Virus record (IMG/VR): IMGVR_UViG_3300031669_000002
Location: 1 to 64,000 of that record
DNA from: a virus
Strand: one strand, 5' to 3'
Length of the DNA stretch: 64,000 nt
In this document: positions 9,436-17,858 of the stretch, piece by piece
Layout: the number at the start of each line of letters is the position of its first letter
Numbering within the stretch: position 1 is the first letter of the stretch
The notes under the pieces: generated by a model
Seen by the model: only the letters and a program-made list of their open reading frames with translations
Database searches by the model: none
Told to the model about the DNA's origin: nothing
Made by a program: the position numbers and the translations under genes

Positions 9436-10665
9436 ATGTCTAAAAAAATCAAAGTAGCCGTAGTCGGTATAGGTAACTGTTTCTCTTCATTATATCAAGG
9501 TCTTGAATATTACAAAGACCACGACGAAGATGCAACAGGTGAAGCAATTCCAGGTGTTATGTTTGCACGAATCGGCGGCTACCATCCTGCAGATATTCAA
9601 GTCGTTGCAGCATTCGACGTTGATCGTCGCAAAGTAGGTCGTCCAACAGGCGAAGCAATATTTGCAGCTCCAAACTGTGCAAGAGTATTTTGCAAGGATG
9701 TTCCAGATGGTCCAGTAGTTCAAATGGGTCCTGTAATGGACGGCGTATCAGAACACATGCTAACAGAACCAGAACGTCACGGTTTTAGAATTTCAAATGA
9801 AGATGTGTGCGATGTTGATGCAGTGTTAAAAGCATCAGGCGCAGAAATCATTATCAATTATTTGCCAGTAGGTTCGCAAGACGCAACCGAGTGGTGGGCA
9901 AACAAAGCAATCGAGAATGGATTATCTTTCTTAAATTGTATTCCTGTATTATCAATAAATCACCCTAATTGGGAAGCAAAATTTATTGACGCTGGTATTC
10001 CATACATTGGGTCAGATATGAAGTCACAGTTCGGGGCATCAATTATGTCACAGATGCTACAAGAGTTGGCGTTTAGTCGCGGTATGGTAGTTGATTATCA
10101 CCAACAGTTAAATGTTGGCGGGAACACCGACTTCAATAATATGGAAGTCCAATCAAGACTCAAGCACAAAAAAGTTTCCAAGGAAAATGTTATTCGTGCT
10201 CAGAATGATTTGCGTCACATTGATGTAGACGAAGATGCACTGTTTGCTGGTCCAGCTACATTCATTCCTTACTTGCACGACAACAAGATTGCATATTTCA
10301 ACTTACACTTGCGTGGTTTTGGCGATGCTCCTGTAACAGTAGACATGAAGCTGTCTGTTCAGGATTCAGAAAACTCGGCTGGTGTGGTTATTGACGCAGT
10401 TCGTTATATTAGGGTTGCAAAAGAAATGGGGATCGTTGGTTGTTTGCGCGGACCATCTGCATTCACACAAAAATCTCCACCAACACAACTTTCATACGAT
10501 GACTCGTTGACAGAATGCAAAGCATTGGCCAAACGTCAGTTAACTGGTCTTACTTCAAGACAGATGACAAAGGAAGGTGCAAAAGCATTGGCGTGGGAAG
10601 AATACGAATCAGGTGGTATGGATTATTTGCGACTACTTGGATACGATAAGCACACGGGGGAATAA
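9436..10665 (+). CDS. ino1: myo-inositol-1-phosphate synthase (bacterial/archaeal type)
   Basis: VAVVGIGNCFSSL Rossmann start, FDVD..KVG, NYLPVGS, DMKSQ.GA, QLNVGGNTDF, KK.SK, DNK, DSENSAGVVIDA, KSPP. Confidence 0.92.
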   Translation: MSKKIKVAVVGIGNCFSSLYQGLEYYKDHDEDATGEAIPGVMFARIGGYHPADIQVVAAFDVDRRKVGRPTGEAIFAAPNCARVFCKDVPDGPVVQMGPVMDGVSEHMLTEPERHGFRISNEDVCDVDAVLKASGAEIIINYLPVGSQDATEWWANKAIENGLSFLNCIPVLSINHPNWEAKFIDAGIPYIGSDMKSQFGASIMSQMLQELAFSRGMVVDYHQQLNVGGNTDFNNMEVQSRLKHKKVSKENVIRAQNDLRHIDVDEDALFAGPATFIPYLHDNKIAYFNLHLRGFGDAPVTVDMKLSVQDSENSAGVVIDAVRYIRVAKEMGIVGCLRGPSAFTQKSPPTQLSYDDSLTECKALAKRQLTGLTSRQMTKEGAKALAWEEYESGGMDYLRLLGYDKHTGE

Positions 10666-11060
10666 TGGATATTGCATCGTTTGATATAGACGGCGTAATA
10701 TTTAACGGTCACGGGGTTCCAGGGATTTATCCTGGACCCAATGACATCATTATTACTGGTCGATCGTTTGAAGAAGAAAAAGAAACATACGAAATGCTTG
10801 TAGCAAGGGGCATAATGAACCCTGTCTATTTTAATCCTCTTCCGTTTAATGAAAAAACACGAGCAACTTCTGGGTTACATAAAGCAGTAACTCTTAATAG
10901 GTTGTTAGAGTCTGGACTAAACATAACACATCACTTTGAAGATGATACTGTTCAAGCATACACTATTAAAAAGTTAACTCCGGTCTATGTGGTGATTATA
11001 GAAAATCCTGCAGTGCCAAAAGAAAATAGGAGACAAGATGAACTCATTGCCAAAGCATAA
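10665..11060 (+). CDS. HAD-superfamily phosphatase
   Basis: Motif I FDIDGV, II ITGRS, III K (LHKA), IV FEDD; TAATG coupling to ino1. Confidence 0.85.
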   Translation: MDIASFDIDGVIFNGHGVPGIYPGPNDIIITGRSFEEEKETYEMLVARGIMNPVYFNPLPFNEKTRATSGLHKAVTLNRLLESGLNITHHFEDDTVQAYTIKKLTPVYVVIIENPAVPKENRRQDELIAKA

Positions 11061-11898
11061 AATCGTTATCAATTATAGTGGGGGATTAGATAGTCTAATC
11101 ATGCGGCATTATGCACAAATAAACTATCCTGATTCAGAGATTGTCTGCGTCTATTTTAAGCATGGTGCAGCATCAGAAGCAAAAGAATTATCAACGCTAC
11201 CAGACTATGTGCAAGTTCGCACAATTGATTGGCTAAACGATAAATGCAAGCCAGTTGCTAAGAAAGATGATCCATTTGCGGGTGCGATCTATATTCCTGG
11301 TCGTAACCTGGTATTTGCAGCATTAGCAGCGTGTCAGGAAGTTGCAAACGAAGTGTGGATGGGAACAGTATGGGATGAAGATAATCCCAAGGGCACAGAT
11401 AAGAATGAACACTTTAGATACGAAACAAGTCAACTGTTATCTTATGTTCTTTCGCCATTTATTGACGGAGTTAAGGTTCGTTTTCCGTTTGTAGAATTAG
11501 AATGGACCAAAGTTGAATCAGTTCGTTGGGCGTTAGCGAACGGTCTTTCGAAAGAAGAAATATTAAACTCAGTGTCGTGTTGGGAGCATACTGACGGCAA
11601 ACCCTGCGGTCAATGCAAACAGTGTGTCAAACGAGCATTAGTATTTAATCTCAACGGATTTAAGGAAGAGTGCAAGGTAGACCCATTAGAAGGACAGTTT
11701 GGGTTAGATTTGTTAGAGCAGTATCTTACTGCTTATGTCGAGAATCCAGAAGCAACAAAAGCAAATCGAGATGAGAATAATGTGGTCAATATGATTATTT
11801 CTGCGTATCCTGACTTACCTATAAAAACAAAAAACGTAGTGCGACCATACTTATATGATTCTATTAAGATCGACCACGAAGGAAGGGAGTTTAAATGA
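11038..11898 (+). CDS. queC: QueC-like ATP pyrophosphatase (7-cyano-7-deazaguanine synthase family, divergent)
   Basis: YSGGLDS PP-loop, YIPGRNLVF, Zn site SC..PCGQCKQC; the canonical YPDC segment is replaced by GTDKNEHF. Confidence 0.85.
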   Translation: MNSLPKHKIVINYSGGLDSLIMRHYAQINYPDSEIVCVYFKHGAASEAKELSTLPDYVQVRTIDWLNDKCKPVAKKDDPFAGAIYIPGRNLVFAALAACQEVANEVWMGTVWDEDNPKGTDKNEHFRYETSQLLSYVLSPFIDGVKVRFPFVELEWTKVESVRWALANGLSKEEILNSVSCWEHTDGKPCGQCKQCVKRALVFNLNGFKEECKVDPLEGQFGLDLLEQYLTAYVENPEATKANRDENNVVNMIISAYPDLPIKTKNVVRPYLYDSIKIDHEGREFK

Positions 11899-12143
11899 TA
11901 TTAGATATGAATGAACGACGCAAGGAGTATCTTAAAGATGCTGCTTACTCTTTAGGCTACGACGAACAGCAAGAGTTTAAGAAAATGATAGCAAAGAAAA
12001 AACTCGACTTTGCATTTTCTAAAGACTTTAGAGAAGAGTGTGGGAGAGCTCAGTTACTTGAAATGCATCCTGCACTTCAAGATTTATATAATCAATACAA
12101 AGAGATGGAAGCACTCTTATTGAAAGGAGAAGAAATAAAATGA
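11895..12143 (+). CDS. Hypothetical protein
   Basis: ATGA overlaps at both ends. Confidence 0.6.
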   Translation: MILDMNERRKEYLKDAAYSLGYDEQQEFKKMIAKKKLDFAFSKDFREECGRAQLLEMHPALQDLYNQYKEMEALLLKGEEIK

Positions 12144-12706
12144 ATCCAATAAGCAAAACACAAATATATCCAAGAGAATACGCAAACAGAGTCGACGTAG
12201 TAGACAATGCGTCTTTCTTTCGCGGGTTAGAAGCAGAACATACACCAGCATACGGCATGGAAACGATCTTTGTTGTGGGTGTTCAGCCATTTAACGAAAT
12301 ATTAGGTTGGGTTGAGAAATATAGCACAGGCGACAAGCCAATTAGACACGTTTGCTTTGGTGCAAACAAGTCGTTTAAACCAGAAACAAACGACGACTGG
12401 ATTAATTGGGTAAGCATGATTAGATCGTTGCTCAACGAAGACTTGTGGGTTACATTAGATCTTGATTCGTCGTATTCCGAAACATTGCTTGAATTTGGGC
12501 TATGCGAATACCGAAGATTCATACCTATTATATCGGTTACCTTGCCTTATATAGGTATTTTCAATTATAATACAGTAGTAAAGATTGCAGATTTGGGATT
12601 TGATAATTCAAACCCAGGAGTATGGTGCCACAGTTTGCATGATTTAATGGATAAAGATAAGTTTACTCCTTGGGACAAATACCAAGAAGACAGGTTAGTA
12701 AAATAA
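12140..12706 (+). CDS. Hypothetical protein within the modification cluster (alpha/beta)
   Basis: 188-aa ORF with GGAG RBS; motifs EHTPAYG, HVCFGANKSF, WVTLD, GVWCH. Confidence 0.7.
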   Translation: MNPISKTQIYPREYANRVDVVDNASFFRGLEAEHTPAYGMETIFVVGVQPFNEILGWVEKYSTGDKPIRHVCFGANKSFKPETNDDWINWVSMIRSLLNEDLWVTLDLDSSYSETLLEFGLCEYRRFIPIISVTLPYIGIFNYNTVVKIADLGFDNSNPGVWCHSLHDLMDKDKFTPWDKYQEDRLVK

Positions 12707-12712
12707 TTTGAA

Positions 12713-13255
12713 ATGGTATCCGAAACATATTATGTCTATGCATATTTGAGGAACAAAGATTCTGCAATAGCAAAAGCAGGTACACCTTATTATATTGGCA
12801 AAGGATATGGTAGGAGAGCACACCAGCAACATAGAAACAAGATTAATGGTAGAGGAGTTCATACTCCGTACGATAAATCATTTGTTGTATTTCTTGAAAA
12901 GAATTTAACTGAGGTTGGTGCATTTGCCATAGAACGAAGATTAGTGCGTTGGTATGGAAGAAAAGATTTAGCAACTGGAATACTGCACAATAGAACAGAC
13001 GGCGGAGAAGGTGGCACAGGTAGCATTCCGTGGAGTAAAGGTAAAACATTAGGTCCGCAGTCAGAAGAAAGAAGAAAGAATATATCTATTGGAAATAAAG
13101 GTAAAACTAAGGGCATTAAGCGTGGTCCGCAGAAAAATCCAGCCAATAAGAAATATGAAGAAGTTACTTGTCCTTATTGCAATAAAGTAGGAACAGGAAA
13201 TGTAATGAAAAGGTTTCATTTTAATAACTGTAAACGGAGAATAGAACATGAATGA
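12713..13255 (+). CDS. GIY-YIG-family homing endonuclease with NUMOD3-like repeats
   Basis: YYVYAYLR..PYYIGKG.G.RA, L.N.TDGGEG, C-terminal CPYC..MKRFHFNNC. Confidence 0.85.
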   Translation: MVSETYYVYAYLRNKDSAIAKAGTPYYIGKGYGRRAHQQHRNKINGRGVHTPYDKSFVVFLEKNLTEVGAFAIERRLVRWYGRKDLATGILHNRTDGGEGGTGSIPWSKGKTLGPQSEERRKNISIGNKGKTKGIKRGPQKNPANKKYEEVTCPYCNKVGTGNVMKRFHFNNCKRRIEHE

Positions 13256-13481
13256 AAAAACAGCAGTTCATAGAGTAAAAGTAGCAAGTTACAACGTTAA
13301 GTATCTTCGCATGAAGCCAGAAGTAAAAACAATTTTTGACGATCTTGAAGAGTTCGAGACATACGTTAAGTTACAATATCCGCAGGTTGCGTTTAATCCT
13401 GCAGACCTTAATAAGAACTCAAGCCCAACATGGCAAAAGTATCTTCGCGCTAAACGCAGAGAGGCTACCAATAAGAGATGA
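13248..13481 (+). CDS. Hypothetical basic protein
   Basis: Coupled ORF. Confidence 0.6.
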   Translation: MNEKTAVHRVKVASYNVKYLRMKPEVKTIFDDLEEFETYVKLQYPQVAFNPADLNKNSSPTWQKYLRAKRREATNKR

Positions 13482-13954
13482 TTGAAGAAAATACCGGCAC
13501 TTATGCAAAGCTTCTTCCATCTGAAGACACAAGAAACAAAATAGCGTTAATTATGACAATGTTCAATTTAGAAAATCATACGAGTCCGCGAGATTTACAT
13601 GTAACACTGATTTATTCTCGTTCTGAATGTAACATTGTCAAAGAAACAGTTGGTCTACCAGTAAGAGCAAACGGCAAAGCATTTAGTATATTTGCAAATG
13701 CTAATGGTGGGAATTGTTTAGTTGTTGAATTAGAAAGCGAAGAAATGCAATCACTGCACAAGAGATTTATAACAGATCACGGCGCGACACACAACTATGA
13801 TTCATACAAGCCGCACTTAACATTAAGTTATGACTATAACAGCACAGATGTGCCAAGCGACACAATGCTTGAACATTTCTATCATCTGTGTTTTGACCAA
13901 GTTGTAGTAGAACCGTTAAGCTTTGATTGGATTCCAAATGAACAAGAAGATTAG
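13478..13954 (+). CDS. acb1: 2H phosphoesterase, anti-CBASS Acb1 (T4 gp57B)-like
   Basis: Two HxT motifs (HVTLIYSR, PHLTLSY), GATHNYDSY and C-terminal EPLSFDW, paralleling T4 Acb1 (HSTICYSR, GATHDFDDYTPHITLSY, EPLKLDW). Confidence 0.82.
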   Translation: MIEENTGTYAKLLPSEDTRNKIALIMTMFNLENHTSPRDLHVTLIYSRSECNIVKETVGLPVRANGKAFSIFANANGGNCLVVELESEEMQSLHKRFITDHGATHNYDSYKPHLTLSYDYNSTDVPSDTMLEHFYHLCFDQVVVEPLSFDWIPNEQED

Positions 13955-13962
13955 GGAAAATA

Positions 13963-14649
13963 ATGAGCACATCTAAAAAAATAAAAAAGAGGTTAGTGGA
14001 AGCAAATGCAAGATTCTATGCTAACGATAATATTTCAGAATACATCAAAGACGGAGAATTAGATTCGTTAATTGAAGAACTTGGAGAAAAATTCCAGGGT
14101 GTTCTTGAAAGTTTAGTTATCGACACAGAGAATGATCCGAATTCAAACGGGACAGCGCATAGGCTCGCAAAGATGTATGTAAAAGAGATAATGAGTGGTC
14201 GATATAACCCGGCACCCAAGAATACTTCTTTCCCCAATTCTAGCGAAAATCGTTATGAAGGAATGTTGGTTGTGAGATCAGAGATTAGATCAATATGCAG
14301 TCACCATCACCAACCAGTAAATGGGGTTGCGTATATTGGAATTATATCTGCAGACAAACTAATTGGCCTGTCAAAATATACTCGAATTGCTCAATGGTGT
14401 GCGATGCGTGGAACACTACAAGAAGAATTGTGCGGGACAATATCCGACGAAATCATTAAAGCAACGGGAAGCGAAAATGTGGGAGTATATTTAAAACTAT
14501 CTCATGGTTGTTGTGAGAATAGAGGCATCCTAGCGCACGATAGCACCACACAGACATCTGTGTTGCGAGGTGCATTCTTTACTGAAGCCACCGCCAGAAA
14601 AGAATTCTTCGATAACATACAAATTCAAGAAATGACAAAGAGGTATTAA
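13963..14649 (+). CDS. folE: GTP cyclohydrolase I
   Basis: TAHRLAKMY, SICSHHHQP, GLSKYTRI, TLQEEL, HGCCENRG. Confidence 0.95.
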   Translation: MSTSKKIKKRLVEANARFYANDNISEYIKDGELDSLIEELGEKFQGVLESLVIDTENDPNSNGTAHRLAKMYVKEIMSGRYNPAPKNTSFPNSSENRYEGMLVVRSEIRSICSHHHQPVNGVAYIGIISADKLIGLSKYTRIAQWCAMRGTLQEELCGTISDEIIKATGSENVGVYLKLSHGCCENRGILAHDSTTQTSVLRGAFFTEATARKEFFDNIQIQEMTKRY

Positions 14650-14650
14650 A

Positions 14651-14980
14651 ATGTTTCTAAAATCACTAAGAAGGAATATCTATCGCTGGCTTCGTACTGC
14701 TGATCTCGAAGGCTGTATTGCGGTTAGCGAAAACACGTATCAGAAACGTAATCCAAGTAGTAAAGCAAATCGACCAGTATCTATTCACGAAGAAGAACCG
14801 CTTGATTCTGATGGCATGAACTTCAAAGTTATTAATGGTCGTGGTGGAGTGGCGATTGAGATTAGAACTCGCGATAGCAAGACGGGAGAATATACTCTTG
14901 CACTTTATATTATTCCAGAAGATCACGACCTTGCCCAAGAATTAGCCAAGATCATAACAATGCAGGCACTAAGATACTAA
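14651..14980 (+). CDS. Hypothetical protein
   Basis: Closely packed ORF. Confidence 0.6.
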   Translation: MFLKSLRRNIYRWLRTADLEGCIAVSENTYQKRNPSSKANRPVSIHEEEPLDSDGMNFKVINGRGGVAIEIRTRDSKTGEYTLALYIIPEDHDLAQELAKIITMQALRY

Positions 14981-14981
14981 T

Positions 14982-15242
14982 ATGAAGGAATACTATGTTG
15001 ATGTTGTTCTTACTAGAGAAATAGAGTCTTGGTTACTAGTTCAAGGTGCAACAGTCAGCGAGGCAATTAACTTTCCGGGATATGAAGTTATGTTTGGCCA
15101 TAGAAAAATACATTTCTATGCTGGTTCGGACCAAGTTAGAATCTTCTTTAATGAGGATAATTTATCGTCGAGCACTTTATTATTGCTGATGTGGCCAACG
15201 TCAGTGCTTGCACATAATTTGCCGGAAGAAATAAAAGCATGA
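14982..15242 (+). CDS. Hypothetical protein
   Basis: Closely packed ORF. Confidence 0.55.
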   Translation: MKEYYVDVVLTREIESWLLVQGATVSEAINFPGYEVMFGHRKIHFYAGSDQVRIFFNEDNLSSSTLLLLMWPTSVLAHNLPEEIKA

Positions 15243-15414
15243 CAAAAGTAAGACACGAACTAACCGATTATCAATGCGGGCAATTTTTTAAAAAGTGGGG
15301 AATTGATACTAGAAAGACTCCGCCAACAAAAGATCAATTATTTTCTCTCATTAGAGATGTCTATAAGTTAGGATCACAGGTTGATTGTATTCACATACGA
15401 TACGAGGAGAAGAA

Positions 15415-15675
15415 ATGAGTTTGTCATTAGATTGGACAGAAGAACAAGCAAAAGAATTTTTACGGAAAGTAACGGGTAAACCTATTCGAGCTTTGGAGGG
15501 CGAAGAGTATGCTCAAATAAGAACATTAGTTGCTTTGATGGATCCAGAATATGTTAATAGTAGTAATCAGCGCAGTGTCACGGAAACATTTAAGATAGGT
15601 AACAATATGTATCAAGTTCACTCGTTTAGTGACGGAGAAGAACCAATAATACACCTAATGTTGGAGAAAGAATGA
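15415..15675 (+). CDS. Hypothetical protein
   Basis: GAGGAG RBS before ATG at 15415. Confidence 0.55.
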   Translation: MSLSLDWTEEQAKEFLRKVTGKPIRALEGEEYAQIRTLVALMDPEYVNSSNQRSVTETFKIGNNMYQVHSFSDGEEPIIHLMLEKE

Positions 15676-16055
15676 GTAATTCAGGGCTAAATGCATATCA
15701 AGACGAACTATTAACTATTCTAATAGAAGAGTGTGGAGAAGCAATTCAAGAAGCATGTAAGATAAACCGGTTTGGCATAGATGCTAAGAGTCACCATATT
15801 GCCGGATCTAACCATAAAGCTTGCTTAATTCAGGAGTTAGGTGATATAATAGCTGTAGTAGAGTTACTCATTGATTCTGATATGGGAATTACCGAAGAAT
15901 TATTGGATATGGCAAAGGAACGCAAGCTCAAAAAAATCGGCAAATGGATGACGGCCGAGAAACCAGAAATTGAGTTTGATGGGGTGGCCGACGTAATGTC
16001 AAAGACTCTTTCTTTAGCACAACGCCAATTAGATAATTATAAGGCAGCAAAATAA
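15672..16055 (+). CDS. MazG-like NTP pyrophosphohydrolase
   Basis: EECGEAIQEACK..QELGDIIAVV (ExxE/ExxD). Confidence 0.8.
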   Translation: MSNSGLNAYQDELLTILIEECGEAIQEACKINRFGIDAKSHHIAGSNHKACLIQELGDIIAVVELLIDSDMGITEELLDMAKERKLKKIGKWMTAEKPEIEFDGVADVMSKTLSLAQRQLDNYKAAK

Positions 16056-16366
16056 TGGATAGCACTATTGTATATGCGTTTTGCCAAGAATACGGCATAG
16101 CAAAATTTAATGTAGAATATAAAACCAACGAGCTTAGTCGATTTGGCATTAACGTTAATGTTGCAGGAGAGGCTACATGTAAGTTAGAGATGCCGCAAGA
16201 TCTATTATATAAATTAATTGAAGATCAACAAGACTCAAAGATATTACTCGAAGAGAGAAAACAAGAACGATTATTACGAGACAAGTACGAAAGTGTCAAG
16301 AAGGCATACGATGAATATCAATTGCTTATTACACTAACACAAGAGGAACAAGACAATGAGTTATAA
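16055..16366 (+). CDS. Hypothetical protein
   Basis: Coupled ORF with a C-terminal coiled coil. Confidence 0.6.
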   Translation: MDSTIVYAFCQEYGIAKFNVEYKTNELSRFGINVNVAGEATCKLEMPQDLLYKLIEDQQDSKILLEERKQERLLRDKYESVKKAYDEYQLLITLTQEEQDNEL

Positions 16367-16907
16367 GTGGGTAATAGATAAAGAGTTTCATTTTGAAATG
16401 GGTCACCGTGTATGGGCACAAAAGCTCGAACATGAGCATTTGAGTCTTAGCACAGAGTGCGCCTGTAAACATTTGCATGGCCACAGTTATGCTATTAAAG
16501 TATTTTTGGGTGCGGACAATCTTGACAATAGTGCAATGGTTACTGACTTTAAGAATCTAAACTTTATGAAACAGTTTGTAGATGATGAGTTGGACCACCG
16601 TATGATGTTGGATATAAATGATCCTCTTTTTAAGAGGATAACAGGATGGGAACCCCCAGAAGAAATTAGAGATTTTACAAATTTTGGTTCTTATTTGCGT
16701 GGTTGCACTTTTAAAGATGGAACGCCGTGCCTGCGCGAAGAAGATTTATTATTAGATAGTTTTGTATTAGTGAATTTTGTGCCAACATCAGAGAATATTT
16801 GCAAATACCTTAAACATTATGCACAAGCACAGTTGGGCACTGTTGCAAAGGTAACAGCGGTTGAATTGTGGGAGACGAAAAAAAGTCATTGCCGTTACGA
16901 AGATTAA
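16356..16907 (+). CDS. queD: 6-carboxy-5,6,7,8-tetrahydropterin synthase
   Basis: F.FEMGHR, CKHLHGHSY, LDH, PTSEN, WET. Confidence 0.93.
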   Translation: MSYKWVIDKEFHFEMGHRVWAQKLEHEHLSLSTECACKHLHGHSYAIKVFLGADNLDNSAMVTDFKNLNFMKQFVDDELDHRMMLDINDPLFKRITGWEPPEEIRDFTNFGSYLRGCTFKDGTPCLREEDLLLDSFVLVNFVPTSENICKYLKHYAQAQLGTVAKVTAVELWETKKSHCRYED

Positions 16908-16927
16908 ACTATTTAGTTCGTTTATGT

Positions 16928-16951
16928 CTAGCATAAATAGTATTATGTTAG
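16928..16951 (+). promoter_or_regulatory. Late promoter (ATAAATA) within an RBS-overlapping hairpin
   Basis: CTAGCATAA-ATAGTA-TTATGTTAG; the 3' arm abuts the AGGAGA RBS of 16962. Confidence 0.6.
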
Positions 16952-16961
16952 GAGAAAATAA

Positions 16962-17858
16962 ATGTTTGGATTTGTGTATGTTTGGACGAACCTAATCGAT
17001 GGTAAGAAATATGTTGGGTCGCACGAAGGACTCATTGAAGATGGATATATCGGGTCAGGAAAATATTTTAATAATGCTATCAATAAACACGGCATTGAGA
17101 ATTTTATTCGAGAAATATTAGAGGCAGGAGAATTTGAATCCCGCAATGCGTTGTTCGATAGGGAACAATTTTGGTTAGATTCATTCAATGCTGCAAGAGA
17201 TCCTAACTGGTATAATATAGCAGAGATTGCAGGCGGTGGCGGTGATACACGTATTGGTTGGTCCGAAGAGAGATTGGATGAATTTAAGAATCAAATTGCG
17301 GCGATATGGGCCGATCGAACAGACGATGAAATAAAAGAGATTGTTCAAAAACGACTCGCAACAATAGATAACGATCCGAATTGGAAGGAAAGAGTCGGAG
17401 ACAAGATGCGCGAAACTTACGCAAAAAAAGGAAAAGATTTTTTACTTGCTCGTGCTCAAAAAACATTAGAAAAATATGGTCCTGAAAAAAGATCAGCGGC
17501 AGTTAAAATGGGCAAAGAAAAGATGGGACCAGAAAAAAGAAAAGAAGCAGCAAGAAAGGCAGCAGCCAATACGACGCCCGATGTTAGAGCAGAGGCAGCA
17601 AGAAAGGCCGTAAAAACTAAAAAAGATAAGCCATTGGAAGAAAAATTAGCAACGGCCGAATTAAAGAGAAAAGCAATGACGGGTAAATTATCTGGTGCAA
17701 AAAATGGGCGAGCAAAACAAGTATGTGCTGCCGGAAAAGTGTATAATACTCTTAAAGAAGCAATGGCAGGAGTAGGTATTTCCGAACCAACATTATACAA
17801 AAGAATCAAGAGCAACAATTTTAACGATTACTATTACATAGATAAGGAACAAAAATGA
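16962..17858 (+). CDS. GIY-YIG homing endonuclease (Seg-like)
   Basis: GFVYVWTNLIDGKKYVGSH..YIGSG, ERE..W, YN; NUMOD-like repeats and a C-terminal HTH. Confidence 0.9.
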   Translation: MFGFVYVWTNLIDGKKYVGSHEGLIEDGYIGSGKYFNNAINKHGIENFIREILEAGEFESRNALFDREQFWLDSFNAARDPNWYNIAEIAGGGGDTRIGWSEERLDEFKNQIAAIWADRTDDEIKEIVQKRLATIDNDPNWKERVGDKMRETYAKKGKDFLLARAQKTLEKYGPEKRSAAVKMGKEKMGPEKRKEAARKAAANTTPDVRAEAARKAVKTKKDKPLEEKLATAELKRKAMTGKLSGAKNGRAKQVCAAGKVYNTLKEAMAGVGISEPTLYKRIKSNNFNDYYYIDKEQK

